The notes under the pieces are model-generated. The model was not told the DNA's origin, ran no database searches, and saw nothing but the letters and a program-made list of their open reading frames with translations. From an uncultured delta proteobacterium (GTDB lineage: Bacteria; Desulfobacterota; Binatia; UBA9968), in contig CAVTUQ010000028.1 in assembly GCA_963737905.1 (NCBI GenBank), positions 96,001 to 160,000 of the forward strand: a stretch of 64,000 nt of DNA, written 5' to 3'. Positions 1-9,491 of this stretch are shown here, one piece after another. Positions within the stretch are counted from its first letter, which is position 1. Each line of letters begins with the position of its first letter. A program made the translations under genes and the position numbers.

Positions 1-2
1 GC

Positions 3-1118
3 GTGCTTTCCACGGCCGTTCTTTTCCTGCTCGCAGGCTTCATCGCCGGCCAAGGGGGGTTCGGGTGGATTTCGGTCCGGCCGACGGATGCAGTCGTCTC
101 GGAATTTTCCAAGCTCGCATTGTTCAGCGTCCTTTTCACCGACGGCATGCGAGTGGGCGTGCAAGACCTGGTTTCGGGGCGCCACCTGCCCGGGAGAGCG
201 CTACTGCTGGGTTTCCCGTTAAATCTGCTTTTGACGGCTATGCTGGCACATTGGCTTGTCAGCCTGCCATGGATTGAGGCTTTCCTGCTCGGCGCAGTCC
301 TCAGCCCGACCGATCCGGTCTTTGCGGCTGCGATCGTAGGGCGAGAAGAAATCCCCAATCGCATACGCCATCTATTGAATGTAGAGAGCGGAGTCAACGA
401 CGGTCTAGCGCTCCCCTTCGTGCTGATTTTCCTGGCCGTGGCAAGTGGAACGTCGGTAAACGGTTTTCTTCTGATCGGCGAAGTCAGCCTAGGCATTATT
501 TTGGGCGTTATCGTACCATGGGTCATTCTTCGGCTCGAGAACACCCGGTTCTTTTCGGTAGCCACGCAATACGAATCGTTCGACGCGTTTGCGATAGCCA
601 TACTGCTTCTAGCCTTGGCATCGCTAACCCATGCCAACGAGTTTTTGGCCGCTTTCTTTGGCGGGGTGACGATCACTAGCTCCTACCCGCAGGTACGGGA
701 CAGGTTTCACCAGTTTGGCGAGAGGCTAACGGAGCTGCTCAAATTGGCCGCGCTGCTCGTTTTCGGCGCCCTCTTGTCGCCGCAGTTTATCGCCGAAATT
801 CGCTCCCCCGGTTATCTTTTGGCAGCGTTGATTTTGCTTGCGGTGCGACCTGTGGCTTTGTCGCTTGCCTTAGCCGGGAGTCCGCTTCAATGGCGTGAAT
901 GGATAACCGTCGTGTGGTTCGGACCACGGGGTTTTGCCTCCGTGGTCTTCGGCTTGATCATTCTGCAATCGGGTATCGAAAGGGCAGACGAGATTTTCCA
1001 TCTCGTCGCGCTGGTAGTCGTCCTTTCTATTTTTGCCCACTCTTCGACAGATGTTCTCCTGTCCCGGCGCCTGTTCGCTCGGCAAACGGAAGAAACAACG
1101 ACAAGACAGCTGGAATAG
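3..1118 (+). CDS. Cation:proton antiporter (NhaP/CPA1 family), probably 5'-truncated by the window edge
   Basis: Multi-TM protein with CPA1 motifs LSPTDPV, ESGVNDG and WFGPRG. Confidence 0.9.
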   Translation: MLSTAVLFLLAGFIAGQGGFGWISVRPTDAVVSEFSKLALFSVLFTDGMRVGVQDLVSGRHLPGRALLLGFPLNLLLTAMLAHWLVSLPWIEAFLLGAVLSPTDPVFAAAIVGREEIPNRIRHLLNVESGVNDGLALPFVLIFLAVASGTSVNGFLLIGEVSLGIILGVIVPWVILRLENTRFFSVATQYESFDAFAIAILLLALASLTHANEFLAAFFGGVTITSSYPQVRDRFHQFGERLTELLKLAALLVFGALLSPQFIAEIRSPGYLLAALILLAVRPVALSLALAGSPLQWREWITVVWFGPRGFASVVFGLIILQSGIERADEIFHLVALVVVLSIFAHSSTDVLLSRRLFARQTEETTTRQLE

Positions 1119-1125
1119 TTGTTTG

Positions 1126-2037
1126 CTATTGGCTCGCGCTTCGCCCGTTATCGTTCACAATAATAATTTGAACCCTCCGGTTTTGTTGGCGTCCCGCCTG
1201 GGTCTCATTAGACGCTACCGGATACTCTTCGCCGAGGCCACGGGCGGTGATTCGACCCGCACTAACCCCGTTTTGCACAAGAAAATCCCGGACCGACTCG
1301 GCCCGCCGTTGAGACAATGCGAGATTGTAAGCATCCGAGCCTAGATTGTCAGTATAGCCTTCTATAGTGATCTTGCGCCCGGGGTTTTCTTTGAGGAACT
1401 CCGCTACACTGGTCAGACTCCGTGCAGATCCGGGTTTGAGGTTGGCTTTGTCGAACTCAAAGAGCACGTCACTGAGGGTAAGCTCGAAACCGCGCTCCGT
1501 TTGTTTCGCTTTTAATTCGGCAAATCGCTTTTCCAAGGCTTCCGCGCGATCGGCGGCAGCCCGGGCTTTTTGTTGCGCGTCCTGGGTTTCACGCGCACGG
1601 GCCTCAGCCTTCTGCTGCGCCAACTGGACTTCCCGGCCGCGGGATTCTGCGAGCTGTTTCGCTCGCTCGGCCTCTCGCGTGCGCGTGTCCAGCAAAACTT
1701 TTTCCCGCTGTTGCTTGAGTTGCTGCGTCTCCGCTTCGGCCGCTTTCTGCTGCGCCGTCTCCCGCGCGATCTCGACTCTCTTGTCGGTTAGGTATGCCAG
1801 ATGCGTTACTTCTTGCGCGTTGCCGGTATCTTCCCATTCCTGTTCGGTCCGGCGCAACGCCTGGCTTGCTTCGTAGGAAGCCACTGGCGCGCGAGCAGAT
1901 ATTTCCGGATCCCGCTGGATCTGCTGGTAATTTTCCCTGGCGCGCTCCAAAGCCGGCGGAACCGTAGCGCACGCCATCAACAAGCTCGGTAAAACCGCAA
2001 CCGTATAAAGACCTAAGTAGTTCGACCATCGCTTCAT
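1126..2037 (-). CDS. DUF4398 + OmpA-like peptidoglycan-binding lipoprotein
   Basis: Lipobox LMAC, coiled coil, then OmpA_C motifs VLFEFDKA, EGYTDNLG, NLALSQRRA and NRRV. Confidence 0.9.
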   Translation of the reverse strand: MKRWSNYLGLYTVAVLPSLLMACATVPPALERARENYQQIQRDPEISARAPVASYEASQALRRTEQEWEDTGNAQEVTHLAYLTDKRVEIARETAQQKAAEAETQQLKQQREKVLLDTRTREAERAKQLAESRGREVQLAQQKAEARARETQDAQQKARAAADRAEALEKRFAELKAKQTERGFELTLSDVLFEFDKANLKPGSARSLTSVAEFLKENPGRKITIEGYTDNLGSDAYNLALSQRRAESVRDFLVQNGVSAGRITARGLGEEYPVASNETQAGRQQNRRVQIIIVNDNGRSASQ

Positions 2038-2067
2038 TTTTCACCTCCGATAATTTTCTCTGTCCGA

Positions 2068-2455
2068 TCAACCGCCTCGGCTTGACCTTTCGGCTTCGCG
2101 ACGCAAAGTTTCGATACTTTGCCGCATATCATTTGCCGCTCGTCTGGCGTCCTCAGAAGCCGCCTTCGCCTCGGCGACTTGAGCATCTACCAGCGCCTCC
2201 TCGGCTAGACGCCGGGCCACGGCGTACTCTTCTTTATTCATAGCGCGCTTGGCCTCGTCGAGCTTGTCCGCCGCCATGCGCAACTCCAATGGCGAATATA
2301 GAGGAGCCTTACTCTTGTTCGCCTCTTGCACCGCCAACTCCGCCGCTGCGACACTATCCTTCGGCGGACTGACTGTACTGCAACCTCCAATGCTCAACAC
2401 CGTCAGAAAGAAGGGTGCAGCGATCCAAAAAAAAGTGATCTGATGTTTTATACAT
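2068..2455 (-). CDS. DUF4398-family lipoprotein with one extra base near the 5' end
   Basis: Lipobox IGGC, helical Ala/Glu-rich body. A GGAGG RBS precedes the ATG at 2455, which joins the 2068..2400 frame if one A of a homopolymer is removed. Confidence 0.75.
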
Positions 2456-2551
2456 GGCTACCTCCGCTTGGATAAGATTCTCAAAAATACCGCCTCGACA
2501 CTCGTGGTTGAAGAACTCTAAGTTATAGTGGGAAACTGCTTTGAGAATTGT

Positions 2552-2566
2552 GCAATTGCAGTGCCA
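2552..2566 (-). promoter_or_regulatory. Sigma54 -24/-12 promoter of the DUF4398/OmpA operon
   Basis: TGGCACTGCAATTGC on the minus strand, a canonical GG-N10-GC. Confidence 0.7.
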
Positions 2567-2875
2567 TCAATTTCTAGTGAGAACAGGATGCTGATGTACG
2601 ATTATCCAGACAGCTGACTCGCGTACATAAGAAAATAAATTGGTACCGTGCTCTACACTGGGCAATAAAAAACATTTCGCAAGATGAACCCAAATATTTC
2701 AGAATACTCGTATTTGAAGATGCGGCTCCCACTTTGGGGCGTTACCGACTGCTATCGAAGAAAGAGAATTAATAGTTTGTGGAGAATTGTGGACACGCAG
2801 CGGTTTCGCGTACCTAAAACACACACAGAGCGTAGTTCTGACGGGACCGGGTTTTGATTTTTAGCCGCCTTCGCG

Positions 2876-2890
2876 TGGCATAAAGATTGC
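2876..2890 (+). promoter_or_regulatory. Sigma54 -24/-12 promoter of the degP-like gene
   Basis: TGGCATAAAGATTGC, 55 nt upstream of the ATG. Confidence 0.7.
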
Positions 2891-2945
2891 GGAATCACAT
2901 CCGCTTTAGACAAGACCCGGTGTAAGACTAGCTTGGAGGCTAACC

Positions 2946-4370
2946 ATGAAACGGATGGCTCATTTGGATATTATTGTCTGCAGCTTATTGATCTCGATCG
3001 TTTTGCAGCCATGGTTCTCCGATTCTGCGTTGAGCCAAGAAGCGGCTCCCAACACTTTTAGTCCTGCTCAACGCCCCTATCGGGGCGATTTCACGGACTT
3101 GGCGAAGGTAGTTGGACCGGTCGTGGTGAATATCTCCACCTCACAAGTCGTAAAGCCGCCCGCGGAGTCACCATTCGGTGGGGCGAATCCTTTCACCGAT
3201 CCTCAGGAGCGCTTTTTCGGTCAACCCTCTCCGCGAGGTCCCTTTCGCCAACGGGGTCTCGGCTCCGGTTTTATCATTGAGCGGGACGGTACTATCCTTA
3301 CCAATAACCACGTCGTCGAAAATGCCGAAAAGATTATGGTCAAACTCCAAGACGAACGAGAGTTCGAAGGAAAAGTCATCGGCAGAGATGCCAAAACCGA
3401 TATTGCCGTGATCAAGATAAATGCAAACAATCTCCCTGCGGCCCCGCTTGGTGATTCTGATCGACTGCAAGTCGGAGAATGGGTCGTCGCCCTGGGCAGC
3501 CCCTTCGGGCTCGCCAATACAGTCACCGCTGGTATCGTGAGCGCCAAAGGTCGGTGGATCGGGGCGGGACCTTACGACAGTTTCATCCAGACAGATGCTT
3601 CAATTAATCCGGGAAATTCGGGAGGACCGTTGGTTAATTTAGGTGGCGAAGTCGTCGGCATAAATACCGCGATTTTTTCTCGGAGTGGAGCCAATATCGG
3701 CATTGGATTCGCGACTCCCATAAATATCGTGAAGGAGCTATTGCCTGAGCTGAAAAGCAAAGGGAAAGTAATTCGAGGATGGCTGGGTGTCTCAATCCAA
3801 CAAGTAACTCCTGATATTGCCTCTTCGCTGGGCCTGGAGAGATCCGCTGGCGCTCTAGTTTCCACTGTTGTGGATGGCGGTCCCGCGGAGAAGGCCGGTA
3901 TCAAAGTCGGCGATGTGATCATCCAATACAATGGAGAGGCAATCAATCATTCGAGTGAGCTGCCGATCATGGTAGCGCGTACAAAAGTGGGCCAGACTGT
4001 ACCGCTCAAGGTTTTTCGCGACAAAAAAGAAATCGAACTTTCGGTGGCTGTCCAAGAGCTGAAGGACGACGAGATCGCTCCTACCTCGAAAAAGAATGAT
4101 TTTGGCCTAACCGTCCAGAGACTCACACCTGAAATCGCCCGCAGCCTGGGCTTAGAAGATGCTCGAGGCGTCCTCATTACGGCGGTGGATCCGAAAGGTC
4201 GCGGCGCCGAAGCCGGCCTGCGTCGAGGCGATGTCATTTTAGAAATCGATCGGAAACCGATTCGCGATCTGTCCGATTATGAAAAGGCCATAGCGGAGAC
4301 TAAAGACAAAAATCTATTACTTTTAGTGCGCCGCGGTGATGCCAATATTTTTCTTGCCCTGAAATCTTGA
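2946..4370 (+). CDS. degP: Do/DegQ family periplasmic serine endoprotease with two PDZ domains
   Basis: GLGSGFII, TNNHVV, DIAVIK and INPGNSGG triad motifs, signal peptide, two PDZ domains. Confidence 0.93.
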   Translation: MKRMAHLDIIVCSLLISIVLQPWFSDSALSQEAAPNTFSPAQRPYRGDFTDLAKVVGPVVVNISTSQVVKPPAESPFGGANPFTDPQERFFGQPSPRGPFRQRGLGSGFIIERDGTILTNNHVVENAEKIMVKLQDEREFEGKVIGRDAKTDIAVIKINANNLPAAPLGDSDRLQVGEWVVALGSPFGLANTVTAGIVSAKGRWIGAGPYDSFIQTDASINPGNSGGPLVNLGGEVVGINTAIFSRSGANIGIGFATPINIVKELLPELKSKGKVIRGWLGVSIQQVTPDIASSLGLERSAGALVSTVVDGGPAEKAGIKVGDVIIQYNGEAINHSSELPIMVARTKVGQTVPLKVFRDKKEIELSVAVQELKDDEIAPTSKKNDFGLTVQRLTPEIARSLGLEDARGVLITAVDPKGRGAEAGLRRGDVILEIDRKPIRDLSDYEKAIAETKDKNLLLLVRRGDANIFLALKS

Positions 4371-4438
4371 CCAGTAAACCGTGAGTCATTTATTTCTCTG
4401 GGCCCGGCGGGACTCGGAATTTATTGATGCGCTGCGCA

Positions 4439-5176
4439 TCAATCGAGTGGATGTTTCAACTGGGCGCTCGCCAAATCTTTTTCGTTCGTGAGATCGAGGC
4501 GCAGCGGGGTCATTGAGACGTATCCATGCTCAACGGCCCACCGATCGGTGCCCTCCTCCGTCCCCTCAATGGGAACCACGGTAAACCAGAAAAGTTTCCG
4601 TCCCATGGGGTCTTCGCCCGGCACGACCTTGCCGTCATAGTGCCGCACCGATTGACGCGTCCAGCGCATACCTTTTGGTTTCCCATCGGGAAAGTTTACG
4701 TTGACGAGGCTCAAGTCGCGGTCTTGCAGCAGCAACGCTAAGACTTCTTCGAGCGATGGTTTCAAAATTTCTAAGTTCGGCTCGTCCCGCGTCACAGCCG
4801 CACTGAAAGCTATGCCACGCAACCCCAGCAGGGCTGCCTGCTTGGCGGCAGCCAACGTACCCGAATGCCACATCGCGTTCCCTAGATTACTACCCAGGTT
4901 GATGCCCGAAAGAACAACGTCAACTTTCTCCCAGTGGTAGGCCCCCAGCGCAACACAGTCGGCGGGTGTCCCGTTGACCCGGTAAGCTTCAAAATTACCG
5001 ATCGGCGTGCGCTTATAAGAGAGCGGTCGCATGGCGGTGATGGCGTGTCCGGCGGAGGATTGCTCGACGTCCGGAGCTACGACCCGCACATCGCCGAATT
5101 TCGACGCCGCCTGGGCTAGAGTCGCGATTCCGGGACTGTAGATCCCATCATCATTGGCAATCAAAATGCGCATCAA
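4439..5176 (-). CDS. surE: 5'/3'-nucleotidase SurE
   Basis: ILIANDDG, GTPADCV, SGINLGSNLG and SGT motifs. Confidence 0.95.
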   Translation of the reverse strand: MMRILIANDDGIYSPGIATLAQAASKFGDVRVVAPDVEQSSAGHAITAMRPLSYKRTPIGNFEAYRVNGTPADCVALGAYHWEKVDVVLSGINLGSNLGNAMWHSGTLAAAKQAALLGLRGIAFSAAVTRDEPNLEILKPSLEEVLALLLQDRDLSLVNVNFPDGKPKGMRWTRQSVRHYDGKVVPGEDPMGRKLFWFTVVPIEGTEEGTDRWAVEHGYVSMTPLRLDLTNEKDLASAQLKHPLD

Positions 5177-5370
5177 ACCAGCCCTCCTCTGAATGCAAAC
5201 GCACTTTTTATTCTCTCAAGCCATGATAACATTTATTTTTGAACCATGAAGGCGGACAATACTTCGCAATTTCCGATTCGCCGAAACACCATAGATGTAA
5301 GCGTCTACCGTCATGCACTTGAGTTTCTCGGTCTTGGTAAATAAATAACTGTGTCCATAGGAGGTGATAG

Positions 5371-6135
5371 ATGTTCGAAAGCTGGAGAGGCATCGTCGGG
5401 GATATCAAGCCTACGCATCGGCCCGGTTCGCTGGAGGAGTTTATTCGCCTGCTTCCCGAAGGAATCGGTGTGATTCCCCTGACGGTGGGGATCAGGTCTG
5501 GAACTGAGAAGGAGTTCCACGATGTCCTCGAAGACTATAAGGCCAAGGCCGCCGAGCTGGCCGGATTGGGGGTGAACTTGATTCATATCGGGGGCGCGCC
5601 CCCCATGATGGTTCACGGATTCGCCGGCGAAGAGAAAATCGTCAAGGATATGGAAGCAAAGCACGGCATTCCCGTGAGCACCTCGGGTAGATCGCAAACC
5701 GACGCCATGCGCGCGCTCGGTATCAAAAGATTCGTCGGCGTAACCTACTTCCAGGAGAACATGAATCAAATCTTCACCCGTTACTTCACCGAGGCCGGTT
5801 TCGAAGTGACAGCGATGGAAGGAATCGACGTGGCCTTTAAAGATGTGGGGCGCTTATCCGGAGAAGAGATCTATGCCCATACAAAAAAAGCTTTTTTAAA
5901 ACATGCGGATGCGCAGGCGATTTACATGCTCGGCTCCGGCTGGCGGCTGCTAAAGATCGTGCGGCTCTTGGAACAAGATCTCCAGGTGCCGGTGATTTAT
6001 GCGCTGGCGTGTAAACTTTGGGACGTCCAAAAACAATTCCACGTGCGGGAGCCGGTCAAGGGATACGGCCGGCTTCTGGAAGAGTTGCCGGTAAACAGAA
6101 AAATCTCGAGTTTCGGGTTCCGAGTTTCGAGTTAA
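5371..6135 (+). CDS. Maleate cis-trans isomerase / Asp-Glu racemase superfamily protein
   Basis: Overall family pattern (ALGIKRFVGVTY, YFTEAGFEV, DAQAIY, LEQDLQVPVI) and strong RBS AGGAGGT. Confidence 0.75.
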   Translation: MFESWRGIVGDIKPTHRPGSLEEFIRLLPEGIGVIPLTVGIRSGTEKEFHDVLEDYKAKAAELAGLGVNLIHIGGAPPMMVHGFAGEEKIVKDMEAKHGIPVSTSGRSQTDAMRALGIKRFVGVTYFQENMNQIFTRYFTEAGFEVTAMEGIDVAFKDVGRLSGEEIYAHTKKAFLKHADAQAIYMLGSGWRLLKIVRLLEQDLQVPVIYALACKLWDVQKQFHVREPVKGYGRLLEELPVNRKISSFGFRVSS

Positions 6136-6178
6136 TCGGAAAAAGCAGTCAACAAAATTCGCAGAACGCACGGAGCTG

Positions 6179-7219
6179 TCATTTGCGACCTACCGGGATG
6201 CGGAAGGTTTGTTGATATTCGGTAAGCCAGGTTTGGATGCGCTCGCTTACTTTAGGATCCGGTGGGGCGGGGTATTTGATTCTATCCAGGTTCATTCTCG
6301 GAAAGCGCGGCTTGACGCCGCTGTGAGAGCTTAAGAAGCCCTCTTCAGTGAAAAGACTTTGGCCTTCCACGGACGTGAGGAAATCTTCAAAGAGTCTCGC
6401 CGCGTTCGGATGCAGCGCTTTGTCGGAGACACCGATCGGATGAATGCTGATGACAATGGGGTTGGCCTCTGCGGACCAATCGACCGGCGCTCCCTTGGAT
6501 CTGGCGTCCTCTATCCGATGCGCTCGAATTATGGCGACAGGAAACTCGCCGGCCACTAATAGATTCGCGGTGTTGGTGTAACCCGCTTGCGTTTGGGGAT
6601 CTTGTTCTGCGAGGGCCCTCATGTACTCGTGTCCCGGCTTGTCTCCTAAATATGCGACCATCCCTCCGTACCATTGAAACGCTTCCGCAGGCAGACCGAT
6701 TTTTTTCCCTTTCCATCTGGGATCTAAGAGATCCTTCCAGTCCTTCGGCGCCTCGACAGGCTTCACCAGTTGGGTATTCCAAGCGATGGTCGCGATGGCT
6801 CCATAAAAGCTTACCCAGGTACCGTTAGGGTCCCGGTGTTTTGGTGAGTACTGATCAAATTCTGGTGGGATGTGCTTTGCAAGCGTGACGTACTTTGGCA
6901 GCTCAAAGAATTGGATATATTCCGCGGTCACAACATCCCATAGGTGCTTTCCACTTCGGGCCTCGCTGCGTATTCTTTCAATAAGTCCGGCGCCCCCAAG
7001 CCGAAGATACTTCACTTTAATGGAAGGGTATTTGTCCTCAAACGTCCTGAGAATTCGCCCGACGATCGATCCCCCGGTTAGAGTGCCGTACCAAACGACT
7101 TCCCCTTCTTTCTTTGCGTTTTCAACATATGGGGCGGTTGGTTGAGCAAACAGCACAGGTGTTGGCGGAAACCAAATAATGAGTGCCGCTACGATTATGA
7201 ACACGCTAAAAGCTTGCAT
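6179..7219 (-). CDS. ABC transporter extracellular solute-binding protein (Fe3+/AfuA-like)
   Basis: Signal peptide, AKKEGEVVWY, WKDLLDPRWKG, HPNAARLF. Start re-assigned to the ATG at 7219 after a G-rich RBS. Confidence 0.85.
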   Translation of the reverse strand: MQAFSVFIIVAALIIWFPPTPVLFAQPTAPYVENAKKEGEVVWYGTLTGGSIVGRILRTFEDKYPSIKVKYLRLGGAGLIERIRSEARSGKHLWDVVTAEYIQFFELPKYVTLAKHIPPEFDQYSPKHRDPNGTWVSFYGAIATIAWNTQLVKPVEAPKDWKDLLDPRWKGKKIGLPAEAFQWYGGMVAYLGDKPGHEYMRALAEQDPQTQAGYTNTANLLVAGEFPVAIIRAHRIEDARSKGAPVDWSAEANPIVISIHPIGVSDKALHPNAARLFEDFLTSVEGQSLFTEEGFLSSHSGVKPRFPRMNLDRIKYPAPPDPKVSERIQTWLTEYQQTFRIPVGRK

Positions 7220-7547
7220 GAAAGCTCCCTCCCCCCTATTCACTTGACGTCTGGGTCGTGTCTGGCTCCGCGGGCTGGAAGCTCCGCTATATCCGTAGCG
7301 GGGCCAGATGTAAACCCGTACCACAAGCTTACGTCCGTGGCTTTGGGGCCGTGCATTTTCGAGCGGATCGCAACATTTACCCCGGTCCCAAAAACTCCTT
7401 TGTCGCAGAGTTTGTGATCGAGCAGGCCGGTGGTTCGGGGTAAACCCCGGGCAATCTTCTGTCTTGACGCGGATCAGCAAATCGCCCTATGTTACGTCGA
7501 ATCACGTCTCCGGGACTCGTTGCTTGCCAACCAAGAGGAGGTTCACG

Positions 7548-8576
7548 ATGAAAAGGATGCATTTTTGGCTGTTGATTTGTCTAATCTGGAGTTCCCAGGT
7601 CGCGGCGCAGACTCCCTACTTTCAAGGCAAGACCATCAGAATGGTGGTGGGCTACCCGGCAGGCAGCCTGCATGACCAGTGGGCGCGGCTGGTGGCTCCC
7701 CAGTTGACCAAACATATTCCGGGGAATCCCGCCACGGTGGTTGAAATCAAGCCTGGCGCCGGCTCGATGGTAACGGCCAATTATGTTTACAACGTGGCCA
7801 AGCCCGATGGTTTAACCATTGGAGTCATCAATGCCGCGCTTTATCTCGATCAGGTGATGAAACGTCCGGAGGCCAAGTTCGATTGGCCCAAGTACAGCTG
7901 GGTCGGTAGCTCGACCCCGACGAATGCCCTGTTGTACATGTGGGCTAATACTCCTTACAAGACTATTCAAGACGTACGCAATGCGGCCGTGCCCCCAAAG
8001 TGCGGCGTCACCGGCACAGGCAATACAGGTTACTATTTCCCCAAGCTGCTGGAGCAAGCAATCGGGACGAAGTTCCAGCTCGTGACGGGGTACCAGGGAG
8101 GCGCCGAAATTGAAATCGCGGTGGAAAGAGGAGAAGTGCAGTGTCGCGCTTTTTCGGTGCAGGTCTTCTTTGGGCGGGAGCCGTTCAATATCTGGCGCAG
8201 CAAGAATCTCGTCCGCGTACTGGTTCAAACCGGCAAGAAGCGCGATGCGCGGCTGCCCGAAACGCCGTTGCTCAATGAGCTCATGGATCAGTATCAAACA
8301 ACCGAAGCGTACCGTCGCCTCGCCAAGGTGCTCCTCGGTTCAGGTGAATTTGGTAGCGCCCCGATGATCGCTTCTCCTGGAACTCCCGCGGAGCAGGTCA
8401 AGCTTCTTCGCGAGGGTTATGCAAAGGGTTTGAACGATCCCGATCTCATCGCGGAAGCGAAGAGGAGAGGGCTCGAGCCCGATCTCATTCACGGTGATGA
8501 AATGGAGAGCCTGGCGAAAGAAGTCGTGGTCCAACCTCCGGAGGTGATCGGTCTGATGAAAAAGGTCATGGAGTAG
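7548..8576 (+). CDS. Bug/TctC tripartite tricarboxylate transporter substrate-binding protein
   Basis: KTIRMVVGYPAG, PGAGS, AKPDGLTIG, GYQGG and ERGEV motifs. GAGGAGG RBS before the ATG at 7548. Confidence 0.88.
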   Translation: MKRMHFWLLICLIWSSQVAAQTPYFQGKTIRMVVGYPAGSLHDQWARLVAPQLTKHIPGNPATVVEIKPGAGSMVTANYVYNVAKPDGLTIGVINAALYLDQVMKRPEAKFDWPKYSWVGSSTPTNALLYMWANTPYKTIQDVRNAAVPPKCGVTGTGNTGYYFPKLLEQAIGTKFQLVTGYQGGAEIEIAVERGEVQCRAFSVQVFFGREPFNIWRSKNLVRVLVQTGKKRDARLPETPLLNELMDQYQTTEAYRRLAKVLLGSGEFGSAPMIASPGTPAEQVKLLREGYAKGLNDPDLIAEAKRRGLEPDLIHGDEMESLAKEVVVQPPEVIGLMKKVME

Positions 8577-8722
8577 CAGTGGCAGGCCTAGGTCGCGATG
8601 ACTCGGGCCTTTCTTTTCGTTAGACCTTTGACTCTTCCGGGTTTACTGCAAAACAGTATTCCCGGAAGAGTTTTTCAAGATAATATCCTCGTTTGATTAT
8701 TTGGTTTTCTCCGCCCCTCAAG

Positions 8723-8776
8723 TGCCTTCGCAGTTCGGTAGGCTCACTGCGTCCTGAGCCCGCCGAAGGACGCGGT
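8723..8776. repeat. REP-like imperfect palindromic intergenic element
   Basis: ttcggtaggctca...tgagcccgccgaa inverted arms. Confidence 0.45.
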
Positions 8777-8924
8777 TACATCCGAGTACCTTCTTCACAC
8801 GGAGGCCGACAACCTAAACCTTTTTAGTGCGCCTCTGACCTCTGCCGTCATTTTTTGTACATTTCTGATCTGTTTTGGGCTCCCGTTTTCACCTCTTTAT
8901 CCTTTTAAGTTCCTCAAAATGCTT

Positions 8925-8939
8925 TGGTATGTCTTTTGC
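8925..8939 (+). promoter_or_regulatory. Possible sigma54 promoter
   Basis: TGGTATGTCTTTTGC (GG-N10-GC) upstream of the ORF at 9067. Confidence 0.5.
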
Positions 8940-9066
8940 GGTTTTTCTTGCCACACAAGAGAGCTTTGCAGGAAGAAATCGGCAAGTATAGGTCGCGGCG
9001 AAACGATAGATGAATTACGCGACACCCTTCCCCTTCACATCAACGATAAATACAGGAGACACAACT

Positions 9067-9441
9067 ATGGACGTTTCGATCATGCGTGCTCAGGAATATA
9101 AAGGATGCGGCATCCACGCGGCCTCATACAAAGTGGGAGCGGATTGGGTTCCAGAAGCCTGCTTTTGGGTGCGTACCAAAACCGGCTGGACGCGAATGTG
9201 GATAAACAGCTTCGCCCACGTCTTCGAGGTCCCGGAACTCACTTTCTCCAGTGAGACCGAAGCCGATGCCTGCGCCTTTCGATTGGCGCGGCGGCTAATC
9301 GACAAAACTCTACCCGATTTGAACTCCCCTATATCACGCATAGGAGGTACGCGGGCAGCCTACCTATCAAAAATCTTGCAGATCGCGCGGCAATCGCTAT
9401 CCGCATATGCTCATCGAAGAGAACGCAAAAACTTTGGTTAA
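9067..9441 (+). CDS. Hypothetical protein (weak resemblance to CV_2116-like small proteins)
   Basis: AGGAGA RBS before the ATG. Pattern YKGxxI...WVP...F.S.xEAD..A..LARRLID. Confidence 0.6.
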   Translation: MDVSIMRAQEYKGCGIHAASYKVGADWVPEACFWVRTKTGWTRMWINSFAHVFEVPELTFSSETEADACAFRLARRLIDKTLPDLNSPISRIGGTRAAYLSKILQIARQSLSAYAHRRERKNFG

Positions 9442-9491
9442 CCGCTGAGCGGTTCTCGCGGCTGCAATCGTCCGGGTCCCCCTCCAACAGT

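Noticed and set aside
2420-2450. Poly-A tracts in the DUF4398 gene as a phase-variation switch
   Set aside because: Cannot be distinguished from a homopolymer sequencing error given the indel load of this window.
7220-7480. Long N-terminal extensions of the ORF calls at 6179..7480, 46715 and 47803..49167
   Set aside because: Downstream ATGs have an RBS and give proper signal peptides or family N-termini.
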